In this document: positions 54,649-64,000 of the stretch, one piece after another | How the letters are laid out: every line of letters starts with the position of its first letter | Numbering within the stretch: position 1 is the first letter of the stretch | From: Camelus dromedarius | Taxonomy: Eukaryota | DNA: 64,000 nucleotides | Assembly: GCF_036321535.1 (NCBI RefSeq) | Contig: NC_087447.1 | Location: 44,084,001-44,148,000 of the forward strand | Direction of reading: 5' to 3' | Notes under the pieces: model-generated | Database searches by the model: none | The model's input: the letters and a program-made list of their open reading frames with translations, nothing else | What the model was told of the DNA's origin: nothing | Position numbers and translations under genes: made by a program

Positions 54649-55945
54649 CTATTCAATAAATATTGGTTCTCCCATGACTTACTTAAAGTGAAATGAATGA
54701 CACTGCAGAATGGTGGTCTCTACATCACTGGGGGTCTTAAATTTGAGAAAACTAGGCAAACATTCAAGTGCTCACTATGTACGGATACTACAGATAGAAC
54801 AGTGAACAAGACAGAGATCCTGCTCTGATGACGTTTACAGTATACTTATGTTGTAGAAAAAGACTGAGGTCACCGATAATGTCCCTTTTAAAACACTGAG
54901 TTCTCATCCTCTTTTATTTTCGCAACAATGCCAACTCTAGGATTACACAGGTGAGGGAAAGGTAACGCAAAGACTAGCAAGACAGTGGCCAGAAAGCCTT
55001 CCTAACACTTATTATTAAGCATAAAATACATTCCAATGTCCTGGGTTCACTCACATCTTCTGTAAATAGAACTATGAAGTCAGAATTAAGAAAATTCACT
55101 GAAGGTGACTAATCACAACTCCTCAAGGACAATAAAGGTCATAACATCCCAGCCTAAAACTCCTACTCCCACAGTTCAGAGAAGAATGAAATACATGTTC
55201 TTATAAGACGAATACAATTGTATGTAATGGCAATGAGAGCTTGGGCAAAATGGGACAACCAAGGACTTATAATCAGACGTGTGACATCCGTCAAGTTATG
55301 TATCTTCTTGGTACCTCGGTTTTTTAAATAAGTAAAATGGAAATAACAGTATGTACCTAGGATTGTTGGGAGACTGAGCTGGGACTTAGAAGACTGTCAG
55401 GTATGTGTTAAGCAAATGTTAGCTATTATTTGGTGTGTGCTTGAATTAATCATTATACACTTATTTCTCTGAATCTCACTTTTATAATCTTAAAAATAAA
55501 CTGAAATATGGTTTTGACCAGCGTTAAGCTGGGTAACATGCTAAATAGCCCCTGTATTATGTAACTGTATACCACATAGTAAGCCCTCAATGAATTAAAT
55601 CTGGAACTTATGAGTTCAATTCCTCCCCCAGACTCAGATGGGTAGAGTCAAAAAAGGCAACTTGAGGAAAGGCAGAGGGTAAAATAATATGCCTAAAATG
55701 CTGAAGCTTCATTTATGCTTTCAAAACACTTCAAAACCTACTATCTCTTGCCCCACATCTGACTCTCTCCATTTAGCTGTTAGAGGGCTGAGACCTTTCA
55801 TACAAGCCCAAGCTCTGTCTAGGTGACAGGGAAGGCGAGTACAGTGAAACAGCCCAGAGAGAGGACCCGTGTACACTAGGTTCAGTGAGAAATTCCTCGT
55901 CCCTGTTCTTCAGGAGGACATCATCGTAAAAGTTAAACACTGTGT

Positions 55946-56299
55946 TGCAGTGGATGGAAGGTAGCCCCGTGCCGCATCCCGCCTTGAGGACTGAAGCATT
56001 CATTCCCCAGTTGTTGGGGGTGTTGACAGCTGACCGCTCTCAGCCCCCTCCCTCCCTTGGGATAGCCCCCAGGCCAAGAGAGCTTCCGCCCATTCCTCAG
56101 GGAGGGTTCCGCCCATTCCTCACCAGGAGCCGTGCCTGGTCAATAAGGGGTTTCAGTGCCTGGCCTCCTTGCATCAGGGTGGGACAACTGTGAAAGGTTA
56201 TCCTGGCTCTGGGACCTCGAACAACTCCTCCCTGCCCTCGGACAAAATCTATTCCCTTCACTCCCTCGCAGGGCACTTCCAGGGAACTGACCTGACACA
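55946..56299 (+). mobile_element. LTR16-like (ERV-L) solo LTR abutting the exon 4 donor
   Basis: 'tgcagtggatg...gaggactgaagcattcattcccc...gggacaactgtgaaagg...cttccagggaactgacctgacaca' matches the remembered LTR16 consensus. Confidence 0.7.
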
Positions 56300-56304
56300 C
56301 TTAC

Positions 56305-57901
56305 CAAGTTTCAGCTTGGGGGCTGGAGTTTAACTCCTTCTTGTCAAATACCACGGTTACAGACAGTTTAATGGTCCGTAAGTACTGGCAATGCTTCAGG
56401 CAGAATGAAGACACGAGCAAATGGATTTCCTCACAAATATTAATGACAACCTTTGGGAAGTATCTCATTGCCTGGTTTATAAAGGCTTCATCTTGAGTTT
56501 CATATAGAATGTGAAACAACTCCAGAAAAACCAGGTGTGATGGAAAAGGGTCACTGTTTCCTAGTGTTTCCATCCACTGAAGTGTCTTCCATTTCATCTC
56601 CAGGGACATTCTACAGTTGAAAGTTTCCTCCAGTTGTTTTACTAGATCTTCATTCAAAAGGCCAAACAGAAAGCATTTCATCTGCAGCAAGTGGGGGTCA
56701 TTACAACTGCTGCTTTCAAGTAACAGCTCTGGGTCTTCAAAAGACTGGAAGGAACTGTCCCCGGTGTCCCAACTGTCTTGCAACATATAAAACATAGCTG
56801 CAAAAAACTCCTGAATGTGGAGGTGGGGGAACACATAGCAGTTTTCATACTCTGCATCCCTTTGAAGAATATTCATGTCCAGGAAAATTGAGACATCAGA
56901 TTTAACTAACCCATGCTTTCTGAGATTCTCCTTGTAAAACACATAAGTCATAGTCCATACTCCTCTGGCAGCCAAGTGACACAGGCTCCTCAGTTGGGTT
57001 TCGCTGGGTAGACTAGGAAAGCTTCCATCTACACGTGTGAACAAGCTAGAGATACAGCAGGTAAACAGAGCTGTGGTTGTCCTGCAGGTCAACGTGATAT
57101 CACCACCCTTCTCCATCTGCTGCTCCAGACAATTACAAATGACCCAGCACACCAGGGGGACTTTGCACATGCTGAAAAGCATCTCATTGTTTCTTAGGGA
57201 ACTGGACACTTGCAGGGCCCACCTCTCATCTTCAAAAAACTGGCAAATATACTCCTCTCTTGCATTCTCAGACATACCTAGTAGCTGTATAGAACGCGGA
57301 CTCTTCAATAAAGGCTTTAGTTTCTTAAAAGCTGTGAGTTTTGTCGTCACCAATAAGGACGACTGGGGGAGCATCACTTTTCTCAGCAAACTACTCACGA
57401 GGAAGGACACAGGGTGTACCTGGGTCCAGTCGCCACACAGCACAAACTCGGGTTCCTCAAAGGCGAAGTGCAGTTCATCAAAACTATCAATAATAAAAAG
57501 GAGACTACTCGGCTGGGACATAATTCTTTCGATGGGCCCTTCTGTGCTGGGCCAGTCATCTGACAGCATTTCAGCAAAGCTTTTCTCTCTCAATGGGTTA
57601 ATTTCTCTTGCATTGAGATAAAAAACATAGGCAAATTTCTGCTGGTAGAGATTGCCCTGTGCCCAGTCTAACATCATCTTTCTCACCAAGGTTGTCTTCC
57701 CGACTCCAGCAGGCCCCTGAAGGACCACTGTCTGTGGCTGCACGCCGGTTCTGACATCCTCACCAAACAAACGTTCCAACAGTTCTCGGCTCTCCTGAGT
57801 GATTTCATGACAGAAATTTCCAGATTCTCCAAGCAAACAGTTCTTATTCGACATGATGCGAAATTTTTCCTCTATTTGAATTCTGTATTTTGTTCCATCA
57901 C
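56305..57901 (-). CDS. NLRP14: NLRP14 exon 4 (NACHT/NAD, 1597 nt)
   Basis: gacttAG|GT GAT GGA...ACT TG|GTAAGT. Walker A GPAGVGKT, Walker B LLFIIDSFDEL, CxVPLVCW, winged-helix FxHLHIQEFFAAMFY; open frame throughout. Confidence 0.97.
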
Positions 57902-58334
57902 CTAAGTCAGTTAGAAAGGAGATGGGGGGAAAAGATACACAAGATTAAAATAAACTCTATGGTTTGCAATGTTAAGAATACTGGAGGACTTAGAGCAGGA
58001 ACAAGATACAGGCTGAAATCAACCTACAGCAGTTTACATGAGAAAAGAATGGAAATAAAACAAAAACATTCCTGCAGATTTAAAACCTACATTAGAAGCT
58101 GTGTAAAAATAGAACTGATAATGCGGACATTTAGGGTGGAAAAAAAAATTAGATTCGTTCTAGAAATATTTTTTACCTCCTTTGTACTTCTACTCTACAG
58201 AGAAAAAGGATGGCATGTGTGGGGAACAGAGCCATCATCCAGATAAAAAGAGGACCTAGGCAACAATTAACAATAATTGCCAGAGAGGACCTGAATCTAC
58301 AGATCAAAAGAATCCACTTTATACAGATAAAACA

Positions 58335-58555
58335 TTAACGGAAATGAACAGTTACAGGATCCTCCCTGAGGAGCGAGAGGGCTGAGTCCCACATCAAGCT
58401 TCCCAGCCCTGGGGTCCTGCCCTGGGAAGATGGGCTGAGCCCCCAGAACGTTTGACTTTGAAGGCAGCAGGGCTCACTTGCAGGTGAGCTGGGGGTTGTG
58501 GGAAACAGACTGCTCTTAAAGGGTACACACCAAGTCTCACCCGCTCTGAGGCATT
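58335..58555 (+). mobile_element. Probable L1 5' UTR fragment
   Basis: 'gagcccccagaacgtttgactttgaaggcagcagggctcact...gggaaacagactgctcttaaaggg' resembles laurasiatherian L1 5' regions. Confidence 0.5.
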
Positions 58556-59384
58556 CGGTACAAACATCTAACATAGTTCATTTCCCACTAAATTATGCTT
58601 TGTTCTCCCCCAGTGAAAGGGATGGTATTAGAAGGCAGGGACTCTGTCTTTGAATGGTATAATACCTAGTGAAGTGCTGTATTTTTAAAAATTGAGATTA
58701 TAAGGATGATTTTTAGTTTCTTCATTATACATTTATCTACCGAATTTTCCAGAGTAAATTTCTATGGAGATGGAACCTTGGTTTCCTAAATTTATGGCCA
58801 GTTACGCCACAAAAATAAACTTGCTTATATTGTATCAGAAATTAAAGTCCAAGCAGGAAGTTATCTTCAAAATCATTTAATACAGTAAGAAAGTTCTATT
58901 TACTAGTGCTCGGAATGAAGTAGGTTCTCAGTTATTTCTTGAATGAAATTAGGTGGCCTGTTAGAATGCAGCATAGCTGAGTTAAGAATGAAGGTTTCTC
59001 ACTTGGTTGAGTTTTCTTTGTAATGTAATTCCATTTATATAAACTGGAATTCAGTTGTACAGAATTCAAAACAAAGTAGGGGAAATGGAAATGGTACTGA
59101 ACTAAGACTGAGAAGACCTAGAAACTACATTTTACATAGACTAGCTGGTCACTATCCCAGAACTCAATTACAGCATTATTTCTAATGGAAGTAAAGAGAT
59201 TCAATAAGCCAAACAGTCCCCACCAACTCAGGGACTCTTCAGTCCATAAAACAAGATCAACATACCTTTGCTCTTCAGACTGTCAACTTTTGACTGGCCA
59301 TTTCCAAATACAGCTCTCTTGAGGCTCTGAATTAACAGAGCCCTGTTTCTGACTTTGTCCAGAGAGCCAGTTTTGCCAACTCAT

Positions 59385-59845
59385 TTTTTTTAAATTGAAG
59401 TATAGTCAGTTTACCATGTTGTGTTAATTTCTGGTGTATGGCACAGTGACTCAGTTATACAATATATATATTCCTTTTCATATTCTCTTTCATTATAGGC
59501 TATTACAAGGAAGTGAATATAGTTCCCTGTGCTATACAGTAGGACCTTGTTGTTTACCTATTTTATATATAGTACTTAGTATCTGCAAATCCCAAACTCC
59601 CAATTTATCCCTCCACCCCCTTTCTCCCGCTCTGGTAACCACAAGTTTGTTTTCTATGTCTGTGAGTCTGTTTCTGTTTTATAAATAAGTTCATTTGTCT
59701 CATTTTTTAAAAAAGATTCCACATATAAGTGATGTCACATAGTATTGTTCTTTCCCTTTCTGGCTTACTTCACTTAGAATGACGGTCTCCAGGTCCATCC
59801 CTGTTGCTGCAAATGGCGTTATGTTATTCTTTTTTTATGGCTTTT
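59385..59845 (-). mobile_element. Cetartiodactyl-type L1 3' end
   Basis: Poly-T then 'aattgaagtatagtcagtttac...gaatatagttccctgtgctatacagtaggacc...tccaggtccatccctgttgctgcaaatggc'. Confidence 0.92.
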
Positions 59846-59975
59846 TCAAAGATAACCACTGAACAGGTAGGATATTACCAGAAGTCAACAAGTGTTGAAC
59901 AAAGGTCCCCTGGGAGATAGCCCTCCTTCATCATGCTTCAGAAGCTCCAACCTCCCAAAGCTGACTCAAACTTAC

Positions 59976-60047
59976 CCAGCACAGCTTCTTGATGACCTTG
60001 TACCCCTCTGGCCCCGGTGTCCTCTGGTCTCACCGTCTTGGCTATCC
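59976..60047 (-). CDS. NLRP14: NLRP14 exon 3 (72-nt linker)
   Basis: tgttgcAG|GG ATA GCC...CTG G|GTAAGT; WIAKTVRPEDTGARGVQGHQEAVLG; phase 1/1 fits both neighbours. Confidence 0.88.
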
Positions 60048-60867
60048 CTGCAACAGATTCCAACAGGATCATGAGATTTACCAAAAATAAGGAGAATTTG
60101 GTGATGACCAGAACACAATTTTCCTCAGTGGTCCAATTCTCTGATCATTTGGGTTTAAGAAAACTAGAGCCAACAGAGCCTCAGACTGGACCAGCTTAGC
60201 TGAGGGAGATGTGAAGTGGTGTGAACAGCACTGAAGCAGGACACCTCTTGCCATGCCTCCCACCCTGTAACTCTAAGGCAAGTGGTCTCGTCTAAGCCTA
60301 AGCTTCCTCGTCTATACTGACCTCACAGAGAGAAGGGGAGGCTCAGAAGATATACAACATCAATGTATACACATTTTGCAGCTATAAAGCCTTGTATATG
60401 TGTAAGGAATTTAGATGACTACAGGATTTCACAGCTGGGAATGACTAAAAATATCATTTTGGCTTACGTCCCTTAATAATTTTTTGCCCACTTCTTATCC
60501 TTCAGCAAAGATTTAAAATCATATTTGTGAGTCCTTAAAATTTAGCCTAACCTGTCACTTTATTTGTAGTTTAGGCCAAGGAACATTAGATGGGACAATT
60601 CTTATCACTCCATTCCTTTAATCATTCTAACTGGTACAAGATGGATGGATCTCTCCCAGTGAAGGAGCCAGGCTGAGTAACAGTACTCAAAACCCTATGG
60701 CCTCTTTGGTGTTCCTCAAATGACCCAACAAGCTCCCACTGTACTTGAGCATCATGGAGTGTGTATCCACAGAATAGTTTAACACCCATGTCCCTTTCAT
60801 AGAATCAATGGGCTCCAGGAAGCACTTCCTCCTCCCCACCCCGGGATGTGTCTCCAGCATCACTCAC

Positions 60868-61168
60868 AGCTGATCTCTGCTTTTGCTCTCTGGCACAGGC
60901 CCTTCAGGTTCATCTTGCCAAAGATTTTGAGAGCCACATCCCAGGCCTGCCCTCCCGGGTAATACTGGTTCATCAAGTTAGCCAGATCCTCCCGCTTGGC
61001 CTTCTTCACATCAGACCAGGGTATCCTGCGGGACCCAGGTCCCACGGTCTCGTTCTTCAGGAATGACTTGAATATATTTAATTCCTCTTTGTTTAGCTCC
61101 TCCAAATATAGGAGCAGCCCAAAATCAGAAAAGTAGGAGGAAGAAGACACATCTGTCATCTTGTCCAT
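60868..61168 (-). CDS. NLRP14: NLRP14 first coding exon (exon 2; pyrin domain); ATG at 61168 or 61159
   Basis: (MDK)MTDVSSSSYFSDFGLLLYLEELNKEELNIFKSFLK...IPWSDVKKAKREDLANLM...AWDVALKIFGKMNLKGLCQRAKAEIS; donor T|GTGAGT at 60867. Confidence 0.95.
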
Positions 61169-62359
61169 GAATCAATATTCAAGCTTCAGTGTGGAAAAAT
61201 AATCAAAAGATGGAATAAACAGGACCTATGGAAAAGTAAGATTAGAAAATGAAATACCTCTAAAAACCTAGATTAATTCAACAAACGTGTGTTGAAGTCC
61301 ACTATATGAGGGTTCAGGATTGACCTAGTGTCCGCTGTAATACATGTTCTATCATAAAAATATTCCTCTGATACAAACCACTTCACCTTTCTTCCACCTT
61401 TCCAAGAGTTACTCCCAGTCCCATACTTACGAGCTGTAAGAAAGAAAAAAACAGCAATTCATCTTTCATTACTCTTCTGCCAAGCGAGGATATCAGAGCC
61501 AATCTCAGAGGACTACAGTATGGATTAAAGGAGGTAGAGTTCACGTGTCGCCTGGCTCAGAACAGACTCCTCCTAAGTACTGGCAAGTTTCCTCATTCCC
61601 TCTCTCCCCCACCAACACCCAACATATATCTCAGCCTATAAAATGTTATTGTGCCCCCATCATTACTCTTGAAGCACATGCAATTGGCATATGTCACCTT
61701 TCATGTCTTCTTGTCATGTCATCTCTGGTCACAAATCCATACCAAGTCCCTGAAGGTCTGTGTTCCTAGTTCACAAGCTCCTTTCACATCTGTTTCCCAA
61801 CACCACAATTATTCTGGGTGAGTGCAAAGTTAAAACCCATCCCAGACAGCATTCTCTCCCATCCCTGACCTCAACTCCCATGACCTTGTTCCACTCCAGC
61901 ATTTCACTCTGATGTTCTTGCTCAGAATTTATCAGCAACGACCACACGAACTGTTAAACTGCCAAGTCCCTTAAATTAATTAAACTCTTAAATTAATACC
62001 TTCCAGGTAATTGAGCAGTTTCATGTCCTCACTCCCATGGTGACAGTTCTTCAAATGTTATCAAATCCTAGTCCTTTGAGCCCTGTGTTTTCCTCTTATT
62101 TATCACCTGTCTTAAAAGCCTTATTGAATTTCTTATTTAGCACGGGCACTCCAGTTCATAATTTAAGTCGTATCTTCAAGTTACTCACCCCCTCTTCGGT
62201 GATTTGCCTAAAGAGACAGGGATAGTAAGTGGTACAGCTGGAACTCGACCTAGATCTTTCTCTAAGCCCCCTCTCCTTTCCAGTCTTTCAAAACGCCATC
62301 CCCTACTCTTGCCAATGGGATTGGAGAAGATGGAAGGGAGAAATTAAAATGTACAGAAG

Positions 62360-62500
62360 GGAGGCAACTATATTCAATACATTGTAGTAACCTATAATGA
62401 GAAAGAATATGAAAAGGAACAAATTTATATATACATATATGACTGAAACATACTATTCACCAGAAATGGACACACTGTAAACTGACTATACCTCAATAAT
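62360..62500 (+). mobile_element. Short cetartiodactyl-type L1 3' end
   Basis: 'aactatattcaatacattgtagtaacctataatgagaaagaatatg...cactgtaaactgactatacctcaata'. Confidence 0.8.
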
Positions 62501-63084
62501 AATATTAAAATGTTCAGACAGGAGATTTTACTTCTTAAACAAAAAGTGAATTATCTCAAAATTACATAGTAAATCAGGATTTTATCCTACAGTAATTAGT
62601 GAGATACCAGCTGTTTTAATAATCACCACATTTGTTGAGGATCTACTGTGATAGGTTCTTTATGAGAATTTTCTCTAGTCCCAAAAGTTTGGTTTTAACT
62701 ACAATTTTATAGACACTGGGACTCAGAAATTAAGAAGCTTGCCCAGGTTACAGAGTTGACAGGTAGCTTATCAGACTGCAAAGTTCATTTTCTTTCTACC
62801 AGGTGCCACCTGCCTTTTCATTTCACTTGATCTTCCCAGGCACTGGGAATTCAGAGTGATATGAAATCTGTGTGGCTGTGCTCTGATAGCTGCCCTTGTG
62901 CTAGGGGAAGAGAATGGCAATCTTCTAGTTCCAGGAGAACACGAAGGAAGGAGGGGTTCTTTTCCAAAGAGGGTAGAGATGACGAGGTCTTGAAGAAGTT
63001 ACATTTTATCTAGGAAACAGGCTATTCTCCCCTTTTCATACATCCCTGCCTGGTTTCCTTTCTTGCACCAAATGGGATCTCCTA

Positions 63085-63292
63085 TAGCAGTTTGTCAACC
63101 TCACCACTACTAACATTTTTTTTCCAGGTAATTCTTTATTTGGGGGACACTGTAAGTACACTATATGATGTTTAGCAGCATTCCTGGCCTCTATCCAGTA
63201 CATGCCATTAGAACCCTCAATCTCCCACAGTTGTGATAAACAAAATGTCACATGTCCCCTGGGCAGCAAACTGCCCCGGTTGAAACCAATTC
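63085..63292 (+). mobile_element. MER20 DNA transposon
   Basis: 'gatgtttagcagcattcctggcctctatccagtacatgcca...cagttgtgataaacaaaatgtc...aactgccccggttgaaacca'. Confidence 0.85.
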
Positions 63293-64000
63293 CAAAGCCT
63301 TCTGTGTATACAACTCATCACCCCTTCTCGGTGATATAACTGTAACAAATCAAAGAAACAAGAGTAGATAGCTCAGGAAAAGGCACTCCCATGAGATTTT
63401 AATGTATGATAGAAAAAATGTCATAATTGGGAAGAGAAACATTCAGTGTAGATTATTAGGACAACTGGTAAACCATTCAGACAAAAATTAGGATCCTCAC
63501 AGAATAAATTTCAGATATAACAAATAAGCAAATTGTTAATACTTCAAACCAGAGGGGTGAAAAAGCAGAACATATTCATCACACCTTACCAGAGGAAGAA
63601 CTTAAAAGCTTGGGCACAATAAAGGAAATGATCAAGAACAGTATGAATGTTAGAAGATACATTGTTAACTATGTTGAAATTAAAACCTCCTGTCCAGAAG
63701 AATTCAAACACAAAAGGGAAGCCAAAACCAGCAAATGTTTACAGGAAATCTGACAAGTAAAGAGTTGAAGTGTAAATTGGTAAAACCACTTTAGAACTGT
63801 AGGCATTAACTACTAAAACAGGAGCTATGCTCCCAGACCCAGATGCCGGTTTCTAACACCCTTCTCCAACAGGAGCAACGAGGGCTCCTTGGAGACACTG
63901 CTGATTCAGGGGCTGGGCTAGGAGTATACAAACTGAGCCTAGACCTTCTTGTTGTGCCAGAAAGTAAGGAAAATAAAAGGATGAAGTATGGCAAAAAAAC

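Noticed and set aside
57037..57621. 194-aa plus-strand ORF
   Set aside because: Antisense shadow of NLRP14 exon 4; no independent support.
34385..61168. Possibility that NLRP14 is a pseudogene here
   Set aside because: All 11 coding exons were found with GT-AG sites, compatible phases and no stops or frameshifts (total 3300 nt).

Overview
Mammalian genomic DNA, most likely a camelid (a tRNA-derived SINE of the Vic-1 type and cetartiodactyl-type L1 3' ends are present; I saw no ruminant BovA/BovB or pig PRE-1 elements). Two protein-coding genes lie on the minus strand in the same order as at human 11p15.4. The first is NLRP14: I reconstructed 11 coding exons by hand from 61168 down to 34385. 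All junctions are GT-AG and phase-compatible, with no stops, giving a 3300-nt CDS (~1096-1099 aa; PYD-NACHT-LRR). Its non-coding exon 1 was not found and probably lies beyond the window. The second is the intronless, CpG-island-embedded retrogene RBMXL2 (22572-21391, 393 aa). The remainder is mostly old interspersed repeats (L1, L2, MIR, MaLR/ERV LTRs, hAT DNA elements). I found no convincing new multi-gene system. The strongest second-look signals are: (i) a local GC/CpG spike centred on NLRP14 exon 9 with almost uniformly AT->GC amino-acid changes; (ii) a decayed MER74-like provirus in intron 10 joining an ERV-L-like pol end to a gamma-type env; (iii) an Arg->Lys change in the NACHT sensor-1 motif; (iv) an LTR abutting the exon 4 splice donor. 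Comparisons with human proteins/UTRs and repeat family names are from memory, not from a search. Repeat boundaries are approximate.
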